Shown here: positions 13,360 through 25,384 of the stretch, piece by piece
How the letters are laid out: every line of letters starts with the position of its first letter
Position numbering within the stretch: position 1 is the stretch's first letter
Assembly: GCA_036172245.1 (NCBI GenBank)
Contig: JAYWIR010000024.1
Span: 1,488,001-1,552,000 of the forward strand
Direction of reading: 5' to 3'
Length of the DNA stretch: 64,000 bases
From: Raillietiella orientalis
Taxonomy: Eukaryota
Notes under the pieces: generated by a model
Database searches by the model: none
What the model saw: only the letters and a program-made list of their open reading frames with translations
What the model was told of the DNA's origin: nothing
Program-made: the position numbers and the translations under genes

Positions 13360-15503
13360 CTGCCCAAAGCTTTCGACTGCGTCGACCAGGAACTCCTCCT
13401 GGAGCTCTTGGAATGCATGGAATTTCCGACCGTGTTCCGGACGTATCTGCGCTCCTACTGGTGCTGCGCACTCATTATTATCTGCTTCAGCGGCCGGCAC
13501 GTGTACGGCTTGCCGTACACTGCCGGCACGAGAGGGTTGCCACTGCAGGCGTACCCGTTTGCCTCGGTGTAAGGCAGGGTGACAGCCTGACCCACTGCTC
13601 TTCAGCATCTACTTCGAGTTGGTGCTGAGATTGTACAGGGAGACTTTGGCAACCCTGCTGAGTTCGTGTCCGGGCACGCCTGCCGTGTCGGCTTATGCAG
13701 ACGATTTTCTTCTGCGGCTCCCCATGTCCACTCCGGCGTCTGTACTCGAGCGCTTCTTCGAATTGCTCAGCCGCTGGACTGGACTTGAGATGAACAGAGC
13801 GAAGTCGTCCTTGGTGCCGGTCGGTGCGACGTGGGCCGGACGGCCGGATCGGATCCTCTTGAAGATCTCCAAGGGTGGGTACTTCAAGTACCTCGGCGTG
13901 CCGTTGAGGGACTTCGCTTAGAAGAAGCCTGGTAAGACCCTCTGCAAAAGGTAGAGTTCTGGCGCTCGGCCCGTTCCAGAACGGCAAGTTTTGCTCGTCG
14001 GAACGAACCGCGGTGTGGAACACGTTCACGGCTTCCCTCCTCTGCCCCTTGCTTTTTGTCTGCCCCGCCTCACCTGATGTCAAGAGGAAGACCGAGGACC
14101 TCCTGAGAAAAGCCCTGTGAGGTGCAGGGAGGACCAGAGTCCGACCCAAAGACTTGTGTGCTCCGCATAAGGATGCTGGACTGGGTCTCTTTACGTTGGA
14201 GGGGATGGAGCGTCAGCTCCCATTCCGAAGACTCACCCTTGCGTCCAAGCTGTGGACCACACCTTTGTGCACTCTGGCAATAATCCTCGCTAAGCGCGCA
14301 ACCGGCTGTGAGGGACTGACTTCGGTCGTCGTGATCACCGAGTGGAGTGTGAGCCATCTTGGCTCTCAGCTTCGACAAATAGCTGCCTTGGTGTGAAGGA
14401 ATCCCTGGATCTCCGCGCTCCCAGACAACTGGACCGCTTGGCTGCAGGAGTCCGTTTTCGCATGGGGTGGAATCAATGGCACGAGCGAGGCAGAGTGCAT
14501 CTACCTGTGGAACAGCGGAGACGCCCGTCATTCGTTGAGGGAGATCCTGGGTAAAACCAGGAATCTGCCGAGGGCTTCGTTAACCCCCCTTGCCCCAGCG
14601 TTGCCCTTCCTTCGGGAAACAAGGGGCAGCGACCTTCCTGCAAGGTGGGGGGGGGGGGGAGACGTGTGTTATAGACAACAAAAAGCAGCATGCGTGGACG
14701 ATTCGGGAAGTGACAGAAGCTGCTACCTGGAGTGTCCCACCCAAAGGACTGCTACGCTGTGGAGAGATGCTAAGAATTCCTCTGGAGGAGGTGAAGTGGC
14801 CCCCAGCGTGCTGGAGCAGTGCACCCCTTCCCCTAAAGTGGCAGGAGTTGGCAATCCTTCTGTTGCATTGGGGCCTCCCGTGAGACGCCCGCCGACACCA
14901 TTGGACCCAGGGGAGTATAAGCCCGAACTGCGGCGGGTGCAAGGAGCGCGAATCCCTCTTGCACCTGCTTTTGGATTGCATTGCCCTCCGTCCCCTGTGG
15001 GAACACTTTGCCGCGTCCCTGAGGATTCCCGAGGGCAACCCCACAGACGTTCTAGGGAGCCTCTTCCTGAGCGACGCACTCATGCTGACCGGACCCCTAG
15101 CAGCATTTTGCTGCCTTTGTGGGATCGTGGCGGCCTGGATCAGCGCCAGAGGAGGTCAGGACGACAGGAACGACATCCATTTCGCTGATATCTTGACGAC
15201 AGCGACAAGATGGCCCCATCTGGGAACCTTGAAACAGGAACTTGCCAGCATCCTGCATAGGATGCAGAGGACGCCTTCCAGCACTCGGTGACCCTTTCTC
15301 GACCCCTCCCAATTTTTTTCCGTATATATATTTTTTGTTTTATTTTTATTTTTGTTTGTCGCCCTCCCCTCTGCTGCCGAGGCGAACCTCGTCGGTCTGC
15401 GTGCCGGTTCCCGGCAGGTTCCCATGGTTATACGTGTAACGTGGACTGACATGTCAGTTTGTTTTCATATAAATAAACGCCCCGGGAAAGCTGGGTGGAA
15501 AGC
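13360..15503 (+). mobile_element. Decayed L1/Tx1-like non-LTR retrotransposon (RT core to 3' end)
   Basis: RT motifs across frames: KAFDCVD (~13365), GVRQGD (~13567), AYADDF (~13690), KYLGVPL (~13885), LCAPHKDAGLGL (~14154), HLLLDC (~14962). Ends AATAAACGCCCCGGGAAAGCTGGGTG at ~15472-15497. Contains stops and frameshifts. Confidence 0.9.
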
Positions 15504-15870
15504 CACCTCAAGTCTTCGGGCAGCACTCATCCAAGGATTCGCGGCGAGCGAGAAGTCGCAGGGCCGCGCCCTCGGCCGCCGCACCGGCAGCCTCAAGACG
15601 AGGGGCGCGCGCAGCAAACAGACGACCACCCTGCACACATTCGAGAGCTCCTCGCCCTCGGTCGGTGGTTTCCCACCAATCAGGGACCTCTAGGTCATCT
15701 CGCCGGGAGACCGCATCCTTCGTTTGCCGCTACGAGCGCTGCTTGCTGTGCCATTGCAACCGGACATTTCCACCCGCAAACCAACCCCTCCTTTTCGGGG
15801 CGATTTCGACGTCCCCACGACGGCTCCCACGGGCGGAGCATCGAAACTGCTCTCCAGGGTCACGGACAGC

Positions 15871-16354
15871 TCAGTAGTAGCAGCAGCGGCGGTATTGGCA
15901 GAGTAGTACTGGTAAAGGCAATGGTAACGGTGACAGTGCTAGCAGTGGTAGTGGTAGTAGTCATAGTAGTAGTAGCGGTGGTAGCGTTGGTAGGAGCAGC
16001 AGTGGAAGTGCTAGTAGTAGTAGTAGTAGTGGTGCTGGAGATAGTAGTGGTAGTGGTGGTAATAGTAATAGTAGCAGTGATAGTGTTAGAGGTCGTAGCA
16101 GTAATAGTGGTAGTGGGAGCAATGGAACTAGTAGTAGTGGTAGTAGAAGCGGTGGTAGTAATAGTAGTAGTAGTGGTAGTGGTACTTCTAGTAGTGGCAA
16201 TACTGTCGAAGATAGTGGTATCGGTAGTAGGTGGTATGATAGTGGTGGTAGTGGTAATAGTAGTAAGAGTGGTGGTAGTATTGGCAGTGGTAGTAGTGAT
16301 GGTGGTGGTGGAGGTAGTAGTAGTAGTAGCAGTGATAGCAGTAATAATGGTGTA
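15871..16354. repeat. Degenerate (GTA/GTG/ATA)n trinucleotide microsatellite
   Basis: About 480 nt with three-base periodicity (gtagtagtggtaatagtagca...), producing the poly-Val, poly-Leu and Tyr/His-rich spurious ORFs. Confidence 0.9.
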
Positions 16355-18424
16355 GTGTTGGCAGGGGTAGTATTGCGATTTGAGTTGGTGGAATGTATAC
16401 CTTCAACACCTGGAGCTGGCGGTCTCCAGCCACTGGCGGCAGTGGTGGAGCTCTAGACGCACTGGTTTTAACCTGAACACTCTGAGATGTAAGCCACAGC
16501 TTAGTCACTCCTTCGTAGGTGTGGTCAGCTCATGTTCAGGAGCGCATTTGTTTGCCAGATCGTTCTCTGTCGAACAGAGAGGAAGAAAACTCGAGCAGTT
16601 GTGCTGGACAGATGGATGGGGAGGCAGCCTCGAAGATTGGGAGCATGGTGTTCCCACTTTGGCGGAGTCGACAGGTCGCGCTTATGATTTTAGTCCAGAG
16701 GCTCCCACTTTGATGGATGCCCCCTGTACTTGTCCACTACCAGATCTTGTAAATGAGATCAGACAGTACCCCCCTCTGTGTGTCAGTCGTGTGCCAGGAA
16801 AAGGAAAGGGGTGGGGGGGAATCTTTTTTTTTGAGTATCGTTCATCCTCCTCTTGCTCAAGCAGACTGGCCAACAGACATCCAGGCTGGAATGTGCTGTC
16901 CTTCGGCAAACAGTGCTTCACGACCTGGTCCTGCAAACCGGCGTCCATACTGCCGGCTGGTTTGTGGTTTATGGAAGCAGCTGCGAGAGCGCCCGCAGGT
17001 CAGAAGTGAGGAGAGAGGGTGCGACGCGGCAGCTCCTCAGGGCAGGCCACTCCAAACCGACCCACCTGCATCCCGACAGCGCATGAGGTGAGCAAGGAGG
17101 GAAACGAGAAACCCCCTCGGGAGGGTTTTAACTGGACCACCTTTCGCCAAAGCTGCCCCCAGAGAGCGCGTCGCTCTCGGCCCTTCCTTCCCGTGGTACA
17201 CCAAAGGACAAAACAACGACGCGGACGAGACGCGGAAGGGCATGCCCAGCTCTTCGTGAGAACAGAGCCTGAATGAATTATGACTTTCTGCGGTCCGTTG
17301 CCACGCAACCGGGGTTTGCATGAGCAAGGTCCCGAACTGCCACACGTCAAAACGAGTTCCGTGGAATCATTTGCGATGAGTTTCAAACAGAGCCTAGAAG
17401 AACCTTCTCGATCGTTCGACGGGCAAAAACTACTTCCCTCCCCCGTGTGCAATGTATCAAAGCGTCTCGAAGAAGGAGCGATTCGAAAAGGGTTGGTCAT
17501 TTTGCGACCCGACGGGTCGGTCCTGCGAGACGCCGAAATGAATGAATGGATGATCGATCGTAAGGCGGGCGGCATGACTCCGGCGGTCCAGACAGCGTGC
17601 GTTTCCGAACGGACCACTCGCTGAAAGCGGAAGAGGCCATCCGTCCTCTCAGAGGGCAGGAGCATCTGGCCAAGGGCAGAATGTGCAGCAGTGGAAACCT
17701 CACGCGAAGGATCCTTTCTTGCTCTTTTCGCCTGCCTCGCCATCACCGCGACCCGAGTGGGCCAGGTGGTAGAAATGCGTCCACCGGCGGCGGTTCATCC
17801 CAGGGACATGAGGTGCAGCAAGCTCACGGGGAGGAGCCTTGGCGCTCTGGAGCCGCGTAATGGAAAGAAGAAAAAAAAGGGAGATGCATGCGTCTGATGG
17901 AGTTTTTCAAGAGAGACGACTCTTCCCACACTCGAAATTGCCGCAGACGGTAAGGTCCCCACAGCAGAGGTATTGCAGTGCGTTGCCCAGGTAACTGGTT
18001 GGGATCTTGGGCGGAAAAAGCCTCGAGAATTTTCTCATGTGTTCTGGGGCTAATGGAGTCGGAATCAAACCCAGTCAAAAAAAAAAGAGAAGAAAAAGAA
18101 AAGCGTGTATAGAAGGGGTGACATTGGTCCTCATCCTCCAACGCTGGATGTCATGTGTCGTAAGATGCGTGCAGATTTGCGCCTCCCCGCTCTGCGTCCT
18201 GTGCTTGGTGGACGCACTCCAACATGGCGCGCTTCCGTCCGGCACTCTCAGGGCTCGGCCTGAAGTCGAATCGAGCGCCGCCGCTGGACACTGAAATGGG
18301 AAAGTGTCGATCCACGTGTCGATGAGGCCCAGCGATACACAAAAGGGTCCCAAGTGTGGTGGAACCACCGCTTTCATTGAGGGCAGTCAGCGAGCCCAAA
18401 ACGCGCGGTCCTGCCCGCTCTGGC

Positions 18425-19250
18425 AGCTGCGTGGCTGCGGTCGCCCGCGCGCGCGACACTGAACGTTGCGGGTTCGAATCTCCAAGTGGAGTATCGACGC
18501 CAAGAACAGGGGGGATGCGTGGTGGGTTATCGAGTCCCTCCCCCCTCCCCGGGCAAGATGACCACTGTTCGGGTGCGGCGCTGGAGACACCGCAAAGAGG
18601 ATGCCCCCGTCAACTTGCTGGGACAGGAAGTGGACCCATCCAATCACAGCTAAACTCGTAAGAGTGCCTTCCAGGAACCAAGGAGCCCGTTTCGCTCGGG
18701 GTTCTCCTCCAATTGTGAAATTGGAGCTGTACCATGGAACTGGTTGACACCCCCTTGGGGTAAACGCCTTTCTGGAGTGTAAGAAGTGCTCTGCTCCCTT
18801 AGGGGAGCGACCCTTCAGGGAAAATGGGAAGCATCTCTTCGGGGTTCTCTTCAGAAAGGGACAGAGGGATCTTTTAGGGTTTCCTCCGAACAAGAAAAGA
18901 GAGGAGGTTTCCTCTGGGAGACCCTTCCGAGGGGAATAAGGAAGGAGGTTCCCTTCGGAGGCAACCAGAGCGAGGGTTCTCCCCCCCCCCTCCCCAAGAT
19001 TAAGGGAGGAACGCACTCCTTCCTGAAGGAACCTCCCTGGATTTATATAGGTTGGTCTCCACGGGGTCCACCCCTAACCTGAAGAGTGAAACGCACCCTC
19101 GGATGGCGTGGATTGTGGTTAGGGATCTCGGTGATGAATCTCCCCTAAGGAGGCGAATGGCTCTTCAGCAGTCCTTGACAACCAAACAGAAAAAAGCTGG
19201 AAGGAAAGCAGCGAAAGCAGAAGAACCACCAAAAAGGATTCCCATCATCC
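18425..19250 (+). mobile_element. Long SINE-like repeat (family A), near full length
   Basis: Head contains GGTTCGAATC (18471-18480) and a second B-box-like GGGTTATCGAGTCCC (~18524). Body matches the copies at 41830, 53690 and 58735. Has an A-rich 3' region (AAAAAAGCTGGAAGGAAAG). Confidence 0.7.
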
Positions 19251-19259
19251 CAGACCATC

Positions 19260-20720
19260 CTAGGCTTCTTGTTTGCCCTGCCCCTCCCGACATCAAGGGA
19301 AGGACCGAGGACCTCCTGAGAAAAGCCCTGCGGGGGTCCGACTCAAAGACTCGTGTGCTCCGCGTAAGGATGGTGGACCGGGCCTCCTTACGATGGAGAA
19401 GATGGAGCGTTCAGCTCCCATTCGGAAGACTCGCCCTCGAGGCGAGATTATGGACCGCGCATCAGCGCGGCTTCTCGCGAAGAGCTGCGATCGGCTGCGA
19501 GGGACCGACTCGCATCCCTCTTCGCGACTCGCGAGAGATTGCTCAGGCGCTGTGGATGTCTCCCACTCCGCCAGGTGATTGTCCTGGTGGAGGAGAACAC
19601 CCCCGGATCTTCTGCCTCCCCGCGAACTGCGCTGCCTGGCTCCAGGAGTGGGTCTTCGCCTGGGGAAAGATCGACGGCGCGCGAGCGAGGCGGGGTGTGC
19701 CTGCCTGCAACGAGGCATCGACGCTCGCAAGTCGCTGGGGGAGATCGCCCGCGACCCACACAAGATGCGGTGGCCCTCGTCTACCTCCTTCGTCCCAGTG
19801 CTGCCCTCCCTAATTGATGCAAGGGACAGCGTAATCCTGGCAAGGTGGGAAGTGAGTGACTTGTTGCACAGCAGCAAAGAAGAAACTTCTGGGAGAGCGT
19901 GGACGACTCGGGAGGTGACGGGCGCTGCGACTCCGAGTGTCCCACCCCACGGAATTGCACGCTAGGGAGAGGTGCTCGGCATCCCTCCGGAGGAGGCGAA
20001 GTGGCCCCCAGCGTGCTGGAGCCGTGACGCCCGCCCTCCCCCTCAAGTGGCGGAGTTGGCGTTGCTGGTCTCGCATGGGGGAATCCCGTGCAAAGTGCGC
20101 CTTCACCACTGGGCACGTGGATGCTCAGAGTGCGGCAGGTGCGGGAAGAAGGAGACCCTCCCGCACCTGCTGGTGGACTCTTCTGCCTGCTGCCCTCGAC
20201 CCCTTTGAGATCGCCTCGCGACTACCCTAAGTATCCCGGCGGGCAACCCCAGGGACATTTTCAGACTCGGTGCGTGCTGCACTGCTTCCAGACGCGTCCC
20301 TCGCAGTTCTCTGCTGCATTCGCGCGATCACGGCGGCCTGCAACGCCAGAAGAAGAGGCCCAACTACCAAGGACGCCATCCACTGAACTCGGATCTTCCT
20401 GAAGACCACCTCGAGATGGCCCCGCTTGGGCGAGACACGGACGGAACTGGCCAGCATCCAGGACGGGATGCGGAGGACGCCTGGAAGCGTACCCCTTTCT
20501 CGGTCCCGTGTACAACTTTCCCCTCCCCTGTTTTTGTTTGTTTATTTTTTTTGTTTCTGCTTTCCCTTTCCCCACGCTTCGGAAGCGGACCTCGTCGGTC
20601 TGCGCACCGGCCTTCGTTCTGCAGGTTCGTTGCACGTGGTAGGACCAACGGTTCGACCACACACCAATGTATCTTCATTACCTTACGTAATAAATGCCTC
20701 GGCACGACCGGGTGATAATC
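19260..20720 (+). mobile_element. Decayed L1/Tx1-like retrotransposon 3' portion
   Basis: Colinear with 14050-15500: ACCGAGGACCTCCTGAGAAAAGCCCTG, CAPRKDGGPGLL, WPPACW, CSECGRCGKKETLPHLLVD. Ends AATAAATGCCTCGGCACGACCGGGTGA at ~20692-20715. Confidence 0.85.
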
Positions 20721-22010
20721 ATCGTAGGCCAGTAGCGACGATCTCCCGTGAGGTCGCTTCTAGTCTTTAAAAAAAAGGGGGGAAAGAAAACACAAAGATA
20801 GGGCGGTCGTCTTATTCGGCTGCAGGCGGGGCATCACGAAATCCTTCAATTTGCAAAAGACCCGAGGTTCTTTCCTTAGAAACCGCAGGTGCGTGTGCGC
20901 CGACGGACATACGACACTCTCCAACGAAAGATTTTGGGAGGTGAAGTAGAGAGGAGGGGAGGAAAATCTGGGGAGAGGGGTTGCTGGCGTGTAATTGAAT
21001 TCCGTTACACATGAAACTTTAGAGCGCGATTCAATTGCATGGGAAACCCTCCTCATTTCCACGGAGCTCTCCTCTGCATGGATGCTTCTATTCCGCATCC
21101 TTTGATACTCTGAATGCTTCGCACGAAACAACGCTGGTGATCGGTTTAATGCTATTAGTTACGGTTGCTGCTGGTAACAACAGGTCGGGAGAAGCCATTC
21201 TTGCAAAGTTACAGCATCCGTGCACCAATGGAAAGGCCGGTGATTCACGAGCGGTACGTAATCGCCTGTTCAGCGTTTCGGAAGCAGAATGGAAGTTGGC
21301 CTCGTTACCTGGCAGGCACTCTGGATCCTCCAGAAAGAAACATATCAGTACGTGGTGCATTGAATAATGCATTATCTTGAAATGGGAAGACCGTCCAAAG
21401 GTCAAATAGAAACGCTCAGTACATAACTCAATAGGTAATGACGCTAAGGATCATCCCTAACGCTTCACTGCAATTCCAGACCTATCATTTCCGATTTACA
21501 AGGTTGGCTAAGAGGTTTCGTTCCGGAGGCGATCGAGGACTCACCTTTTTCGACCGTACGAGCAGCGTGCGACCGAAAGAGTCCTTCCTCATTCCCGCAT
21601 CCACGGACACGTGCGCCGTGTTCCCAGCTGACAGCACCGGAAGGGAAAGGGCACCCCGCGGCCCGCGTTCGCGTAATCGCAAGTGGGCGTCTGGACGAGC
21701 AGGGAGCGGGTAAAGCCATGACGTAAGCTGCCCCTAACCAGCAGTCTTCGTTTCGTCTGGCTGTGTGGCGTCCGTGCACGCAGTGTTCGAAGCGATCCTC
21801 GACGGTTCAACATCTCATGCCCAAGCAGCCCCATCCATCTACTGGGACGACCTGCTAACTCTGCAGCCAGGGCGCGCAAACATTCCTGGGTGAGTATGCC
21901 GGCAATCCATCACTTTGTTTGGACAAAATTGGTAAGATGTATCGTTCTGCTCGTTTCTCGTCTTCCCTTTGTTGCTAGGCTCCTTAAAGGTGAAGAAGGA
22001 ATGATTTACC

Positions 22011-22290
22011 GTGTGGAGCAACAACAGTTCTGGTGCTGAAACACACACACAAAAAGATGCGTTTGAAAGGCATGTTATCAAAGGAGTTGAGAAAAAGGTG
22101 GCAACGACCTCGCTGTTATACTCGATGTCTACATGTCATGCCTTCACTGGTGCTTCTTTCTTCTGGATGCCCTCTTGAAGACTACTCTAGGAGGAAGCGC
22201 AGTGAGTGGATATTGTCCAGAAATGATTCCTTTGGGGCCGTGGGGAAAAAAATTAAAAGCTCTTCAATCGAATAGCCTTGTCGGAGATCG
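22011..22290 (+). repeat. Left arm of ~280-bp inverted repeat (partner at 25113-25384)
   Basis: GGTGCTTCTTTCTTCTGGATGCCCTCTTGAAGACTACTCTAGGAGGAAGC...AATTAAAAGCTCTTCAATCGAATAGCC is the near reverse complement of 25127-25260. Confidence 0.85.
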
Positions 22291-23166
22291 AAAAAAATGA
22301 ATAGCAAATACTCCGTGTGAGAAGCCGGGAAAATGCAGGTGAGGGTGAAGGTGATCTTGTTAGTGAGTCCTCAGTTTCACACTGCAATGCAAGAATTCTG
22401 GAAATGCTGGAAAACATTTCCTCACCCGTTCAAAGTAATCAAAAGATCTTGGGGAAAAAAAGAAAAAAGAAAAAGCAGTTCCTTTCCGCATTCCAAAAAG
22501 AAAGAGAGAGAAAAAAAAAAACAGGGAGAGTAATTGAAAAAGAGCAAAAATCATCCAGAGAATAAGGAACAAGATGGCTTTTAAAATTTGATTCCATTGC
22601 GAGCTTCAAATATGGAAAGCCAAAGCTTCCACACTGTCCTTGGGCTTAACAGAGTGGACTGACCGTAATTGAATGTGGTAACCAAGATGTGAATTTCTCC
22701 AGCGTTGAATAAGGGAGATCAACCAAATTTTGCTTACTTCCTGGTTTTCTCAAGTCACTAAGGCCGCCGGTGCGCTGACCCCGGGCGGGAGAGGGGACTG
22801 CAATGGGCGTGGAAGCGCCAGTCTGAGAGCCCTTTCCTCCCCCCTTTCTCCCCTCTGCGGGCCGAGGGAAAGCGAGTGGGGATGGAAAGAGGGGTGGCTA
22901 CGCAAAAAAACTACGCAAAGTGATTAGATGAAGGTGGCTACTACGAGGTGTTGCATGCGACCTGGATGCAGTTCTCGGAAGATTCATCCACAATCTGTCT
23001 TAGCTGGCTACGGAGAAATAGTAGCAGTAAAAACAGATGATGAAACTGAATAACGATTGCAGAAATCACTTTTTAATCTGAATAAAGGTGGATCATCCTC
23101 ATTCAAAAAGTGAACTTCCATAAAATTGATGAATAATTCATATTAAATACTGATAAGTAATATTCA

Positions 23167-24055
23167 TACGAGGCTCATTTCAAAAGTAGGGGCGAATCGG
23201 ATATAAAGAAGGGACAAATGAGAGGGGCAAAAATGTATTGGTGGTTCGAAACACGTGCATCTTCATGTCATTTTTTTCCGTAGTCACCATTTCTTTCCAA
23301 GCATTTTTGATACCGTGGAAAAAGCTTTTTGGAACCGTCTGCATAAAATTTCAGCACTGCAGTTTCCAACTCCTTACTCTCCCCCTCGAATCGTTGAGCC
23401 ACTTCTTGAGGTGCAGGAAGGAAGACGTGGTGGCCACTGGGCGCGAGGTCAGGACTGCTGGCCAAAAGGTTCCTATTTGACCTTCTGAATTGTCTGGACA
23501 GCAGCAGTGTGTGGCCGCGCGTTGTCGTGAAGGAGAAGAAAATTTCTGGTCTCAGCCTTCCACGCCGTCGGTTCTGCTGAATGGCGAGCCGCAGTTTGGA
23601 AAGTGTTCCTACACAACGGACGAAGAGAAGTGATGGTGGCTCCACGCTCCATTAGGTCCACCCTTTTGGTCCCACACACTGCCGTGTCCGCACATTCCAG
23701 ACGATGCAGAAATTCAAATGGGAGCTTTTTGATCACCCAGTCCTGACCTCGCGCCCAGTGGCCACCACGTCTTCCTTCCTGCACCTCAAGAAGTGGCTCA
23801 ACGGTTCGAGGAAAGTGAGGGGGAGTGGAAAACTGCAGTGCTGCTGAACTGTCTGAACTCCCAAAAGGCAGAATTTCATGCAGAGGATCTAAAAAAGCTT
23901 CTTCCACGTATCAGAAAAGGTTTGGAAAGAAATGGTGGCTACGGAGAAAAAAGACATGGGGATGCATGTGTTCAGAGTCACCGATGCATTTTTGTCCCTC
24001 TTATTTGCTCCTTCTTTACATCCGATTCGCCCCTACTTTTGAGATGAACCTCGTA
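23167..24055. mobile_element. Non-autonomous mariner (Tc1/mariner) derivative with long palindromic arms
   Basis: Ends TACGAGGCTCATTTCAAAAGTAGGGGCGAATCGGAT and ATCCGATTCGCCCCTACTTTTGAGATGAACCTCGTA, with TA at both ends. The ~300-bp inverted arms each carry a remnant of the mariner YSPDLAPSD motif (SPDLAPSGHHVF). The minus strand carries LLLHDNARPH. Confidence 0.9.
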
Positions 24056-24662
24056 TAATCTGGAGACTTTCTGGATGTCTCTCAAATGCATCCTACACGG
24101 TTATTTAAAGCAATTCACAGCGGTCCATTGCAGCAGAAGGGAATACGAGCATTGGTTTCCTCCAGATCTCAAAAGTAAGTGATTCTGGAGAAACAAACTC
24201 TAATGAAATTCAAGAACCTCAAGTCTTTTTTTTTTTTTTTCCCAGCCAGGTGACATCATTAGGAATTAATTATTAATATGGATCATCTGTGGATTAATTA
24301 TTAATGACCTAAATTACTTGCTTGTTTTTTTATTGATGCATGCATTCAAATGAATGACCTGCGATAGACACCAGAATGTCTCGTCTTGCTGTAGAAAACA
24401 TACTGAATCATTTAATCATCCAAAAATCTTTCCATCATACTGAGAAAAATAACTCAGGCTTCATGCAATTCAGTTCATGTAATCCACAGTAGTAATCATT
24501 TATATGATAATTAGTCAGGATTAAATAAAGTGATGTTTTTCAGGCGAGAAATAATCACTCATAATACCAAAGGATAATGAAAACAAATGAAATTAATAAA
24601 ATTCTATGATTGGAACAAGTGATCAATATCAAACGCATTACAGCATTGGAAAGATGATTGAG

Positions 24663-24925
24663 GGAGTACTTTGGGTGACCTGAATGAACACACATGATGA
24701 GCGACACCATGGGGTCAGATCAGTGACTTAACTGTGACAGAATGGTGTGGAACGGAACGAGTCCAAAGAAGGCACCCCGGACCTCAACTCCAGAGCAGAA
24801 TTTGAATCCTCAGGAGAGCCAAAAAAAAGAAAAAACTTCTCTGCTTATTCCGGAAGGTTTTTTGGATGGCAACGACCCCATGTGTCGCTCATCATGTGTG
24901 TACATTCAGGTCACCCGAGTACTCC
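24663..24925. repeat. Short inverted repeat (~54-bp arms, ~157-bp spacer)
   Basis: GGAGTACTTTGGGTGACCTGAATGAACACACATGATGAGCGACACCATGGGGTC (24663-24716) versus GACCCCATGTGTCGCTCATCATGTGTGTACATTCAGGTCACCCGAGTACTCC (24874-24925). Confidence 0.85.
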
Positions 24926-25112
24926 AACATGCGATGGCAACGACCCCTATTTTTTGGATGAATTTCCATTTATACACTGATGTTTTTTCAGAAAACAAAT
25001 CGCTTTCTTCCTCATTATTTGGCTTTCATTACCGCTTCTGCCGTTTTCTTCCCCTCCAAACATCACCTTCGTTGTCATTCATGGCTTCTCATACGGAACA
25101 CTTGCTGCTTTC

Positions 25113-25384
25113 TCCGATGTCCAACAGGGCTATTCGATTGAAGAGCTTTTAATTTTTTTCCCACTGCTCCAAAGGAATCATTTCTGGCAATATCCACTCA
25201 CTGTGCTTCCTCCTAGAGTAGTCTTCAAGAGGGTATCCAGAAGAAAGAAGCACCGGTGAAGGCATGCCATGTCATCGAGTATAACGGCAAGGTCGGTGCC
25301 ACCTTTTTCTCGACTCCTTTAATAACATGCCTTCCAAATACATCCTTTTGAGTGTGTGTTTCAGCACAGACCTGTTATTCCACA
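25113..25384 (-). repeat. Right arm of ~280-bp inverted repeat (partner at 22011-22290)
   Basis: Reverse complement of the 22011-22290 block with scattered substitutions. Confidence 0.85.

Noticed and set aside
12389..13471. 360-aa ORF as an intact gene
   Set aside because: It spans the junction of two opposite retrotransposon copies and lacks the RT core; it is a fragment.
15495..16355. 286-aa Val-rich ORF that looks like a membrane protein
   Set aside because: It is the translation of a GTA/GTG microsatellite; other frames give equally low-complexity products and there is no splice or family support.
17000..17900. Possible piggyBac transposase remnant on the minus strand
   Set aside because: Only a vague resemblance; no catalytic DDD motifs, TIRs or TTAA boundaries identified.
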